This document shows positions 37,857 to 50,930 of a DNA stretch of 64,000 bases, piece after piece. The notes under the pieces were generated by a model, which did no database searches, had not been told where the DNA came from, and was given only the letters and a program-made list of their open reading frames with translations. The stretch covers positions 124,001-188,000 of the forward strand of contig NC_090601.1 of the NCBI RefSeq assembly GCF_000497125.1, written 5' to 3'. Every line of letters starts with the position of its first letter. The first letter of the stretch is position 1. The stretch is from Spironucleus salmonicida. Taxonomy: Eukaryota. A program made the position numbers and the translations under genes.

Positions 37857-40800
37857 ATGTCTGATTAACTTTAATTTTATTTAAATAATGTTATGAGATA
37901 GTAAATTTTAGTACCAGAAGAAAGTTATGATACGTATAATATTTAGCTTCCATTTTCAGATATAGTAGGGTTAACATATGACGAAGTTAATAATTATTTA
38001 TCTTCAAATAATATAAAAAAAGATCCTGATGTAACTGATTTAAATGATTCTATAAGATAATTAAAACAATTTAAATAATATGAATAATTTAGTATTTGTT
38101 CAAATTTCGATTTGCCTTAAATGAGTAAACCAAATGATCCATTTAGCAGATTTAATAATGATGAAGTACTTTTATCTGCAAGTTTATCTTAAATGGAAAT
38201 TTTAGCAAATTCGCGGGTTTATTAAAAAAATTAACAGGAAAATGATGATAAGTTTTACGAAGAATGTTTGTAAAGTGCTACTAAAGCATTAAATTTCAGT
38301 AAATAAGAGAATTTATAATTGATAGAACAAGATTATTTTTGCTATAAAGAAAGTATTTCAAATAAATAAGTAAAATTAAATGAATAATTAATTAATATTG
38401 GATTAGATGCTTTAGAGACGTTAGCAATTGATAATCTTATGCCATAGCTAAATGATCCATTTTTAGAAGAACAGCTTAAGCTTATTTTTTCATAAATAAA
38501 ACATATCATCTAACCTATTTATGATTTTTAGGCAGTTAACTAACAGTCGGCATTCGCATTACTATAAAAATTAGCAATAGGTGAAACAGTTAATTTGATC
38601 CTAGAATGGTCAAGTAATACTAAAGAGTTTTAAGATTTAACATTCACTACAATTAATGGAGGAAATGTATAGTTGTCAGCAAGATATTTCGAGCCTGAGA
38701 TGTTTTAACTTAATATAATTCTCTGGTTATAACTGATTGAATAAATAGATATTTCTCAGATTTTATTATCTTCAAATGATAATTTACCACCTGATTATGC
38801 AGAATATTTTGAAGCTGAATTTGTTGAAAATGAATAAAAGTAGTTTTGCTAAAATGTAGAGTTTGATTAGCTTACTGCTTAAAATTCACTGTTTATTTTG
38901 GTACAATAGATTATTGCTTCAATATGCTGGTATTGTATTAAATAAAATTTCATAGACGAGGTTCATAATGATAAACACAGTTAAATTTTTTCTCATAATA
39001 ATTATGAAATTAATTTAAATTGTTAATAATATATAAGCTAAACAAATTTGAATTACTTATTAGAAATCTATTAAAAATAGTTTAACTATGATTATTCAAA
39101 TTTAATTGTTCCGAAACATTTTTCATGCTTGTTACCAGAGTCTGTTTTTTCACTTATTTCTAATTAAGGCACACTTTTTTAGTTTTCGAAGTTAAAGAAA
39201 ACTTATGAACCGTAATTAGAGCTAGTTTCAACATAAATTACTATTTCGAGACCAAAGGCAAAATAATAAATAAAAGATGTTTTAGATTAAGAGCATGATG
39301 TTATATGTTCTAATAACTAAGTCATTAAAATTTAAGAATATATATTTGATGATTTTAATCGTGATAGATCATATTACGACCAAATTATTAGAAATTTATA
39401 GAAAATTGCTTAGGCTGCCAAATCAAGGCTGGTAAAAAGATATAGAAGTAACAAGAATGCTAATTCTATTAATGCAGAATGTGTGAGAAGTAGAAAAATG
39501 TACAATGATATAGAACAAATTAAGAAAAGATTTATGAACGAAACAAAGTCATCTGGCGTTAAAAGAGTATTTTCAAATGTAAAAAGAGAAAAAAAAGATA
39601 AATCATAAATACAGTAGGTCAACTTATAATAGCAAGAAGCAATAAAATAAAAATTGGATGAGACTGAATAGTATATAAAAGAAATTACCGGTTAGCCATC
39701 CTCTACTGATTTAATACCAGTAGTATAAGAGAATGGATTAAATATCAAGATTTAATCAACCCCTACTTTATTTAAAGGTGTTTTAAAGGAATATTAAAAA
39801 ATTGGATTTAGCTGGCTATCTCATATGTATACATAAGGGTTATCATGTTTATTATGTGATTAAATGGGGCTAGGTAAAACGGTTTAAATTATAACATATT
39901 TTCTTCATATAGCTGAAACCTAAGGAACTTTTGGGCCATTTTTAGTTATCGCTCCTAATTCATTATTAAATAATTGGATTTAGGAATTAAAAAGATTTTC
40001 GCCTGATTTTAATGTTTGGCCGTATTGGGGTTCAATTTAATAAAGACAACAGATTAGGTAAGGATGGAGTCATTTGGTATATGTAAATTAAATATTAGAT
40101 AAATATAACGATGTTAATATAGATTTTTTACCCAGCGAAATATTTGGCTAGAAAAAATGCCCATTGCATATTATAGTGACATCATATTCTCTAGCGGTTT
40201 CTGATATTAAGCATTTGAACAAAGTTCCATGGATATCTGTTGTTTTAGATGAAGGCTAAATGATAAAATCTTCTGAAACCAAGAGATGGAGAACATTAAT
40301 GAATATCCGATCATAGTAAAAAATTATTCTTTCAGGTACACCTATTTAGAATACATTATCAGAATTATGGTCATTATTACATTTTGCGTTACCAACTGTA
40401 TTTTAGTCCAAGGATAATTTTGCAGAATGGTTTACTAAGGATATAGAATCTGCAGCTCAAAAAACTGGTCCAATTAAATTAAATTAAGAATAATTATAAA
40501 GATTATAGTAAATTTTATCGCCATTTGTTTTACGCAGAGAAAAAAAGGATGTAGCGTAATAACTAGGAGAAAAGAAAGAAAACAATATATTATGCAATCT
40601 TACTCAAAAATAAAGATAGTTATATCAAGGCATAAAATAAAAATTAAAATATTAGGATTTATTTAATTCAGGATCGGAAAATGAGTTGCTTAATGTAGTT
40701 ATGTAGTTGCGCAAGATTGTTAATCATCCATAGATTTTTGAAAGAAATCTAGTCTAGTCTCCTTATATTTTGATGATGAATTAGTAACACAGAACTGTAG

Positions 40801-42131
40801 AAATATTAGATCAAAATGATTTAGAAAGCGAAACTGAATAATCTATTGCAGACTCTGAGACCACAATTTTAACTTAGGTATCATATAAATAACCAAAAAT
40901 CAAATTTGAGACTTAATAACTTAATGATTTTGCAGAGTTAGTTTTGTCTTAACCGCATTATGACTATTAAAGAGATGTTTATATTGAAAAAGAAATTAGA
41001 AGCGATTAAAATAGATTTATTAGCTTTGAAATACCATAACTTATATTTTAAGAGTTTATTGAATATGAACATGACGTTAGATATTAAACTGAACAAGTAG
41101 CAAATAGTCATTTCAATTTTTCATGTATTTTCAAAAATATTTTCACAATTTTCGGTTTAAATTTTGATGATGTTTAATTGATGGTAACTTTAGTTGATTG
41201 TATGATAAATAATATTAATCCTTATACACGATTAGATTTAAATCTAAAATATTTAGCCAAATTGGTTCCTACATAATTTATAGAATATTGTTTAGATACA
41301 TTTATTTCATTAAAATAATAATAAGATATTTGTACCGAACATTAAGGGTAGTAAATTATAATTAAAAATCATATAGATGCGTTGTTTTAAGTTTATACGC
41401 CTAAATGCTTGGGGTTTAATCCATATTTATACACTAAGGCTCCTAATTACTGGTTCAAAAGATAGAAATATTTGTTTGATTATTGTGATAAGGATAGTTT
41501 TTATATTAAAGCATACATTAATTAATAGTCATTTAGCTAACCATTATTTTGTAGCGGAATTTCTTAATTAATAGAAGAATCAGGCAAGCTTAATGCGTTA
41601 GATTAGTTATTGAAAGATTTATATTCTAAGAACTAGGTTTGCTTAATATATTGCTAAATGACTAAGATGATGGATATTTTAGAAGATTATCTAACTTATA
41701 GAAGATATATATATGTTAGACTAGATGGTAGTTATTCAGTAGCTGAGCGTAGACAGGTTGTTGATAGATTTATGACAGACAATACAGTTTTTATTTTTTT
41801 GTTAAGTACTCGAGCAGGATCACTGGGTTTAAATTTAACTAGAGCTAATAATGTAATTTTTTATGAATAAGATTGGAACCCGACTCAAGATTTATAAGCT
41901 CAAGATAGAGTTCATCGTTTAGGTTAAACTAAAGAAGTTTAAATTTATAAATTAATAGCAAAAGGATCTATCGATGAGAAAATTTATGAAAGGGGTGAAT
42001 AAAAAATTACAGTGCAGAACCTGGTAATGCAAGGGTAGTAACGGGATGAATAAGGAAATTTAATAAATCCTGATATTCTTAAGAAAAAATCAACCAAAGA
42101 TATTTATATGGATATTTTAATGGATGAGTGA
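37857..42131 (+). CDS. INO80: INO80 chromatin-remodelling ATPase (split SNF2 helicase), ~1424 aa
   Basis: [38 protein letters not shown] (INO80-type), [25 protein letters not shown], a long insertion, then [33 protein letters not shown] and DRVHRLGQTK. A DBINO-like QKLDETEQY precedes the ATPase. The start was chosen by leader context; the frame is open further upstream. Confidence 0.88.
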
Positions 42132-42132
42132 T

Positions 42133-42780
42133 TCAAATAATCTCATGCTATATTTTTAAAGACTCTCTTAGAAGATCATTATCATCTAACAGTCCATTGC
42201 ATTCATTGGTTAGTAGCTAATTTTTTAATGTTAACTCATTATTTAAAAGCACAAGTTCACCTTATGTATTTTTGAGAAGCTGTTATTCTAAATCTGATAT
42301 TACTATTTATTACTCTTTTATTAGTTAGTCTTTATATTAAAGCATATTTTCTAATCTATCAGATTTTTTCTAATACATATCTAGTTTTTACAATTTAAGC
42401 TAGAGCTTTTAAATCTTTGTCTGTAATAATGCCATTTCGTAAAGTAATATATCTTCTTCCTCTGCGGTTTTTTGCTTTTTAGGAATTTTAGGCGGTAGTT
42501 AACTTCCACGCAATGGAGGGGAAATTATACCAAATATTGACTGCTTTGGTTTTTTAGGAGAAATTTTTGATATACGATCATTTTCTTTTGAAAATGAAGT
42601 TTATCTAAGCTACTAAGTATATTTAATCGGTGTTAACTTATTAATGTTAGGTGAAGATAATTATTATGGGGATGGAGTTGCAGAAGCAGTTTTAGATACT
42701 TAGTAGATTGTTAATGTATTATTTTAGTTAGGGTCTTCCTCATTATCAATCTTTTTTAATGGCCGACAACATGCGAACAT
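42133..42780 (-). CDS. Hypothetical coiled-coil protein with N-terminal MFACC, 215 aa
   Basis: Start and stop are in frame under code 6. P/S-rich middle and heptad-like C-terminus. Confidence 0.6.
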
Positions 42781-42876
42781 TAAAATATTTATATTACTAT
42801 ATATTTATATAATAAGGATAAATTTATTTTAAATAAAATTAATTAATATTTAATATTATAATTTTAATCACTGCAA

Positions 42877-43857
42877 ATGTGGTGTAATCGGTTTAGACCT
42901 AAATCTTTTGATGAGTTAGTAAATAATGATTCAACTCCAATATTTTCTGCATTGTCAACATCAGATAATCCTCCTCATTTATTACTTACAGGTCCTTCTG
43001 GGTCAGGTCGTCATACAAGAGCACTTTTATATTTACAGTAAATTTTTAATTTAAATTCGTTAAGTTTTGCATCATCTACATTAACTTATAAACACAATGA
43101 TTAAGACTTTGAAGTCCCAATTGTATCTTCATCTGTGCATGTAGAATTGAATCCCTCACTTTCACCTCATGATCAATCAATTGTTTCTTCTGTTATAAAA
43201 GAGGCTGCTTCTACAGCACCAGTTGTTGGAAAGTTTAAAGTAATATTCATCTAAGAAGCTGACAAACTGTCTTTTTTAGCGTAGTAAGCACTACGTAGAT
43301 TAATGGAGGAGCATTCAAAAACTTGTAAAATAATTATGTTTTGTAATTCCTAAACTGGGCTTATTCCACCTATTATTTCCAGGTGTTTTTAAATGCGCTT
43401 CAGATCTTTTAATAAAGATGAACTTAACTCTGTTTTGGTATCACTTCCAGGAAAAATAGAAGACGAGGATAAGTTAATAGAATATTCATAAGGTGACTTG
43501 AGACGATTATTATTATTGGCATAGGCTTAATCAGTTTAAAAGCAGATTACCTTGCCTAAATGGGAATAAAAAGCGGATGAAATTTTTTAAAATTATTTTA
43601 TTCAAGGTAAGCAATTAGATAATGATTTTAGAGTAGGCTTGGTTGATATTTTGAAGCTAGCCGTGCCACCAGAAGTAGTTTTAATGAAATTTTGGAAAAA
43701 AATTGATGATTTTAGTGAAAATGCAAAGTTGTGTAGTTTCAATAGTACCGTGGCTTGTGAATTTGATTGTAGATTAAGAGGAGCATAAATAGGGTTAGTG
43801 CACATAGAAGCATATTTATTGACTATGATTACTGCTGTATAATAAGCAGCAAAGTGA
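42877..43857 (+). CDS. RFC3: Replication factor C small subunit (human RFC3 / yeast Rfc5 type), 326 aa
   Basis: MWCNRFRPKSFDEL, PPHLLLTGPSGSGRHT, SSVHVELNPS, EADKLSFLAQQALRRLME, IISRC, GDLRR and VHIEAY. Confidence 0.9.
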
Positions 43858-43968
43858 GAGGTACTTCTTGTCTTATAGTTTATTAATAGTTTTTGGTTAT
43901 TGATTTATAAAAATGACCGTTAGAAATAAGTAATATTATATATAATTAATATACTATGTTTGTCTAAA

Positions 43969-44502
43969 ATGGAATATGACCACTTTTATCAACCTATGGA
44001 TCCAAATCATATGTATACCTATAATAACATTAATCATGATAAGTTTACAGCAACATTCAGCCCAAATTTTTATTCGACGTATATGGTTCATTCGTCTTCT
44101 TAATGTTTTGTTTCATTAGTTGGAACTTAAGTAAGAGGTTATATGATTGGCAAGGATGAAGGCTCACTATCTAAAGATGAATATCATGTCCATGTTTCAG
44201 CGGTTACTATTGCTCCTGCATCTAGAAAATAAAAATTAGCAGCTAATTTGATGCACTCCTTAGAATAGATTGGGAATTTGTATAAGTGCTCATTTTGTGA
44301 TCTTTTTGTTAAATAATTGAATATGGGAGCTAATTAAATGTATAAAAATTTAGGATATACTCTATTTAGAACAATAACCAGATTTTATGGGAACACAGAA
44401 GATGGATATGATATGAGGAAACCTTTACAGTCGGATACTACCAGCTAATGCATTAATAACTCAGGTTCCACTATTAAAAAGTGGATAGATTACCAATGGT
44501 GA
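43969..44502 (+). CDS. NAA20: N-terminal acetyltransferase B catalytic subunit, 177 aa
   Basis: NNINHDKFT, GYMIGKDEG, HVHVSAVTIAP, CDLFVK, MYKNLGY and EDGYDMRK, matching the NAA20/Nat3 motif order. Confidence 0.88.
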
Positions 44503-44548
44503 GGTTACTAATTATTATACATATATTTAATTAAACTATGTTTTAATT

Positions 44549-44863
44549 ATGCCGCCAAAATGTGATTTTTCTTTAAGATATAAACCACTTCTACCTATAG
44601 TAGAATTAAGTAATAAATTTATATTATAAAACTATGAATATAAAGCTCCTGAAAGACTAATGGAGTATGCGATACCTTTTGAGGAATAAAAATTAACTAC
44701 TTTATCTTTGTCGAAATTGACACCAAAATTAACACTTACACAAATTAGCGATTCATATAGTCCTATTAAAAACAGTATTAACGACGATGTTTAATTTATT
44801 TCAGGAGATAATATAGATAATATTTTTGAAGCTGATCTTTAAGCAGGACTAAATTTAATTTGA
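44549..44863 (+). CDS. Small hypothetical protein, 104 aa
   Basis: Open code-6 frame MPPKCDFSLRYKPLLP...GLNLI-TGA. Confidence 0.5.
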
Positions 44864-45332
44864 CTTGAGTGCATTGAAATCTGTAGTAACATATTTAAAA
44901 TTGTGAATTTATTTGTTGATTAAGTATCATATTTACTCTTATTTATAGCATCACCATAATCCTCATATTTCTAAACATTTATTTAAAATTAAGCTTGTCT
45001 TAATTATTAGGTAAGCTAAGGAAATTGCCAATTTATTTTATTAAATGATCAGAACATATATTAATAATTTGTGAATTATATAGCTCTGTTTATTGTTTTA
45101 ATTTCGTCAAAACTATTATTAGTGTAATAAATTTTAGAATTAATAACCAAATTAACATAACTTATAATTATTATATATATGTAAAGATAAATATATTTTA
45201 TGATCATTTGCAACAACTATAATAGTATGAATATACTAAAGATAATAATAACTAAGTTGTGGTTTATAAAATCATAACTTATATCTATATATGTATATAA
45301 TAGATGATATATTTTTAAATCTATTCCTTCAA

Positions 45333-46007
45333 ATGTGTGAAGCTATTTATATCCCACAAAAACTTTATTATCGTCGCGGTTCTATGCATACTGTTGCTGG
45401 AGAAGTCAATTTCTAAAAGGCAGCAATCCTTTCTAATAACAGAGATCTTGATATTTCCTAGTAAGTAGCTGCTGAGTTCCATTAAGGACGTTGTTATCCT
45501 ATGCTTGTTAATGACTCTGTTTCTGATGAGGCATTATAGATTATTAACAATGCTATCAAGAACTGTGATACTTTAGTTGTAGTTGGTGATTATAAATTGT
45601 AAAACTTTGTAGCATAAGCAGTTGCTGATTTACCCGAACAAAAGTAGATTGTTGTTGTTCCAGTTGATGCCAAACCTATTCATCTTATGACTGGATATTA
45701 TAAGGCAGCAGATGGTGCTATTAGACACAGCCTTAATATTATTCCTGAATACGTTATACTTGACTCTGGTCTTACTGACAGAATTTCCAAGGATGATGTT
45801 GCTTTAGTCCAAAAGGTTGTTAGCTAGGAATCAGAAACTGTTATGATTGCTTTCACCAAAGAAGCTTAGAGAATATCTAAGGAGCTTATTGCCGGTTATG
45901 GGACTATTGATATGCCAGTCTGGAAGGAGCGTGCCACTAATGTCGTTGGTATCACCATGCTTGGTTAACCATGTGGTAAACATGTCATCGCAGTACTCGG
46001 GTTGTGA
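45333..46007 (+). CDS. Truncated, divergent iron-containing alcohol dehydrogenase (AdhE ADH-domain)-like protein, 224 aa
   Basis: IPQKLYYRRGS (compare AdhE LPKSIYFRRGS), KAAILS, CDTLVVVG, IVVVPV and IIPEYVILDSGLT follow the Fe-ADH N-domain layout. The GGGS and PTT-GTGSE motifs and the His-containing C-domain are absent. Confidence 0.65.
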
Positions 46008-46134
46008 TCGTTTTAATAATATTATAAGTATTTATTAATTTTTTTTTCAATTAATTAATGAATACTGTTGGCTGTTATTGGTATCAAATAAGAAGAAATA
46101 CAATCCCCATACATAATATTAAATAGCAAAAATC

Positions 46135-49100
46135 TCAGTCAAATTCTACAATATTCTTAATTTCGAAATTAGAATTCTCCCATACATAATCGCCATAGCC
46201 TAAAGCATTGATATCAGATAGATAAGAAAGTTCACCATTAGCCCAATTTGTTACCTTATTGATATCTGGCCCTCCAGTTTCAAAACCAGCAGCTATCATT
46301 TAGTCTGGGCTAACTTTAGTCTGTTAATGAATTTTCTTATCTTAATAACAACATTTTGACCATTTAGCATTAACAAGAGTAGCATAAACATCACAAAATT
46401 CATCATGTAAATCAATGCTTTTTAATTAATTTAGAGTATGATATGCTTCGGTTTATAATTTATAATTTACTTATTCTAGAATTTTAAGGTCAGATTAAGC
46501 TTTGACAAGCTCTTCATATATTTCATCAGTTTGCTCTTTCTTAAGTAACAATTAATCTTCCAGCCTTCTTTCTTCCAGTTCTTATTTTCCTAAATGACCT
46601 AACGACAAAAATCTATGAATTTCTAAAGGTTAAACCGCAGATTCATCAGATGCTTCCCCATATGAAAGAATATTAAGCAAAGGATGTGCTTAAATGATGA
46701 TCTCTATTAATGGGGATAATTCTGTGACCTTATCAACAAGCTAGTATGAATCTTACCAAAAGTCAGCATTTTTAAGGACTTCAGATATAGCTATTTTATC
46801 ACCTTAGCACTGCCGAGATCTATGAATAACAATATCTAAAATTTTACTTCTAGTTTATCTAAAATCTATCTCTCGGTTCATTTTGCTTATGTACTCTTTC
46901 AGTATTTATTTACCTTGCAACTCTCTTGCTAACGGCGTACATTAGTCAAAAATATGCTTAAATGTCCCAACCATAGTTTACTGTATAAAATATGCGTTAA
47001 CTATTTCTGTAAAACAAACTGGAGCAGGTCTAGCCTAAGGTTGTAAAGATGGCAGTCCGCAGAATCTATCCAAACCATCTCTAAGCAGCTAACAAATAAC
47101 TGAAACTGCATATGTGCATGTTTTTGTAAATGACTATATTCGTTCTAACTCTGCACTTTGAGCCTTTGGCAAATAATATGGGCTCATATAATAAATTCCT
47201 CTCATGAAATTTTCTAACTGCATGAAGTTATTCGATGGTGGATAAAATACAAAACTAGTTTCAGCACATTTACAAGATTATATAGTATTAGTTTTCTATT
47301 AATTAAGCATTTTATCCTCTTAATTACAGGAGCTAGTCACAGGTCCAAATTAAGAGATTATTTCAACATGCCTTTGCTCTAAGGCAAATAGTGGCGATAA
47401 AAGAGAATCAATATTATTTTAGTCTAAACTAAAAAATGAATTATTAAATTTTGTCCAAAATTTAATTATTTCATCTACAGTTGATTCTTCACCACCTGCC
47501 TGTGGAGGTGGAGGTGCTTCAGTATCTAATAAAGCTGGTGTATTCGGCGGCATTTATGGAGATCCATATGGCGCAGATGCTCGTAGCATTCTTCCGAATA
47601 TATCATATATTGGCTCTTTACCTGTTTATTCTAATAGAGTATATTTTTTAAATAATGGAGCAGACATAAAATTTTCAGTTATTTTTTATAGTGATATATT
47701 TTTCTCTTCTGATATACTATTTTGACATTTGTACTTTAAAAATATATCTTGTGCCGATTAATAATTATAAAATTTTTGTACATTGATTTTAGCATCATCG
47801 GGTGATAATAACCCTGTTCTAAGCAAAAAACTTATCTAATAACCTCGTTATCTTGATAAAATTAATAGATCAGTTTTGGGAAAATCGCTAACAGACTTAA
47901 AGATTTACTAGCATTGTAACTCTTGAAAATTATATGATTAACTATTTGATAAATGATAATCGGTGAATGCCTTAGATTCTTATTTTTATGGATCATCCTT
48001 TAAATAGCAATTATTAGAATTAACCTCAAAATCTACATGTAATACGTCAAATTATTCAAAATTTAACATATCACATAATATATCCAAATTTTCAGCAGCA
48101 AACTTATAAATATTTTCATGTTATTAGTAAAAATCTTAAATATATGTAGGCTTTAATTATAATATATCAGCAATATTCTTGTTTTTGTACAAATTAAATT
48201 CAGATTTTTCTTATAATATAATTTACTTATCTTGATTAGTGGGATAATAAAGGTCTATCAATCCTTCTGGATAATTAAGGATCGATCTAAATTTTTCTAT
48301 ATATTTATTCTGGTCTAATATTGATTAAATTTTACGTCCCATTATGTTAAAGCATGAGAAGTTTTACGTCTTATATTCCCTGATTGCTTAAGCTAATTTT
48401 CTATACACTTAATTAATATCTAATAATGTCATAATATTTGATTATATGATTTACTCTTCTTACAGCTAATCAAATTTTTATTAAAGAGAAGTTGATAAAA
48501 TTTTAGTTATATCGGCTTATGAAAGCTGCGATTTAACTGAGAATAGATTACTTAATTAATTAAAATAAGCAGGTACATAATAATAACCAATCTGACTATC
48601 AAATATAAGAAACGGTGAAATATTATGCCCAAATTCATATAAGTCTAAAAATAAAGCTAACTCTTTAACATCAAATCCAAATTTTTACAAATTGTCTGCA
48701 CTTTGTTATTTGAAATCTGTTAAGTTTTTAATATTAAGCAAGTCAATAAAAATATGAGGAATGATGATATCTATATTGTCATCAAATTCAACAACTTCTC
48801 CATTTTATACCTCTAACATTGATGGTAAGTATGTTTTAGGAATATCTTAAATATCATTATTATCTTCACTTTCAGATTCTTCTTGTAACACTTTATAACC
48901 ATATTCTTATAATTTTTACAACATTTCAGTTTTATTTGATGTAATTTTAGCATCAGGTAATATATTTGAGACTGGTAACACCCCCATAAATTTTTTATTA
49001 ACTTAAACTATCCTTAATGATTAGTTATATTTAATCTCTTTATATAAGTTATTAAGACTAGAATAATTAGGAATGTCCTAGTTTTAATCAAATTTAAAAG

Positions 49101-50805
49101 ATAATTGTGGTTATTATTTAAAATTATTAAATTAATAAACATACACTGCTTTTAAATCGAAGGAAGCTTCCTCATAATCTAAAAATGGATGAGTTATCCC
49201 ATCAAAAGGTTTATCTTAATGCAAATAATGGCCTAGTATATGATCTGTAAAATTCTATACTGCTTCTGGTTTATTTTAATTATTGAGTTTAACTGCTAAT
49301 GCATTAATTGAATTTTTAGCAGTAATATTAACTTTATTTGTTTCTGAGTCTTTTGGATTAATAAAAACATATTAGATGTTATCAACAATTTAATTATAGC
49401 TTTCGATATTGTTATCAACTTAATATTACAATAATGATTATGATCCTGCCCATAGTGCGTAAGAACTGGAGATAGAGTGATGCTGAGATTTTTATATATA
49501 TGACTTTTTAGTGGCCAATGCTAATCTGGTATCAAGTGTTTATTAAATACCATTATGAAGATGAATAAGATCTTCAATGAATTATAGAGTATCAAATTTA
49601 TCATTAAGAAATGCAGTAAATAATGATCTTAAAAAATGTTTATACCCTAATTTTTAAGAAAAACTTCCAGTTAATAACATTAATAAATACTAATTATTAA
49701 CGATATAATCAAACGTGGTGTTATCTTATAACTAATTTAACTCTAATCTCATTTAACTAACTATATAGGTTATTTAATGATAAAATATATCTGGTGATGA
49801 GCCTTGAATTTATAAATTACCAGGTTGCTTATCTTTCAAAATGTTAAAAAATTCATGAAAACCTTTAAGATCTACTTATTACTAAATATTTTATGTAGTT
49901 TTAAAAGTTTCGTTTTATATAGATATACCTGCATTAATGAAATTTCCTAGAGTAAGAATACCACAATTTGCATCTTATACTATAGAATCATCACAAATAA
50001 CAGGATTTTCTTAAATTTGTTGAATTAATGATTAAACTTCATTATCATAATCTAAAAAAGATTTTGATTGCACTAGTTTATCATTTGATAGATTTACCTT
50101 TAAATAAACCGTATAAACACTTTGATCATCATCATCAAACTAATACTCTTCAAATTCATCTCCTTTAAGTACAGAAGTGAGCATATTTTCATTATTTTCA
50201 TCCTTTTCCACACCCATAACATAAATATTGGAACCTTTCATACTTGTTGGTATTTCTTTAAAAATTTCATAATGTCCATCAGACAATCTATATAATGCTG
50301 CATTAGATGTATCTAGCTTGATTTTAAATTTATCTAGTTCATCTTAGCTATAAATTTATAACAAATCAATACCAGCTTCTTATAAATATTTAATATCATA
50401 TTATCTAGCGATTGCTTTGGTTAATAATTGTTCTTCAGCTAAAATACGTAAATATGAAGGAATGTCAATCTATTTATAATTTTCATAATCTGAAGTTATA
50501 CCGACTAAAGAACAAGATCCCCTTGGCGGTGTAGACAATTGCTAAAGGGCTTCTTAAACAGTCAGATTCTATTACTTAGGACCTAGATTGTACAGTTTTG
50601 TTTATAAATGTGATGGAATCTATTATCCACTTATTAGGAACTCTGCAGCCTGACCTAATTCCAAAGGCATTTCCTAAAGATCTGACGATAATCTTGATCT
50701 TTACAGTGTGTTTCTTGCTATAATATTTCCTAACTAAAAACTTGGTGCTGTTGACGATGAGGTACGAAGCAATGCAGGAAATTCAAAAGTAAAGGTTAAT
50801 GGCAT
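46135..50805 (-). CDS. Large hypothetical protein, 1556 aa
   Basis: Start MPLTFTFEFPALL and end LRIFVEFD-TGA are in the same frame, and sampled segments are open. Contains a Pro-rich linker (APPPPQAGG). No family recognised. Confidence 0.7.
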
Positions 50806-50930
50806 TTAATTAAAAAAGAAGTGATAATACTAATATATAATATTATTAATATTATTAAATTATAAATGCCTTAATAATTAATAGAAATATATTTAATTAA
50901 ATCTATTAGTTTAAAATTTTAAAATCAAAA

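Noticed and set aside
39861-39863. TAA at a usually Glu position in INO80 (D-TAA-MGLGKT) and in CysE (G-TAA-TA, 9543-9545), hinting at TAA = Glu
   Set aside because: Many more invariant Gln sites use TAA, and DQMGLGKT occurs naturally in some SNF2 proteins. Simple E-to-Q substitutions explain both cases.
44864-45332. Possible small minus-strand ORF starting at 45158
   Set aside because: Low-complexity AT-driven translation that runs into the neighbouring gene. Open frames of this size arise easily with a single stop codon.
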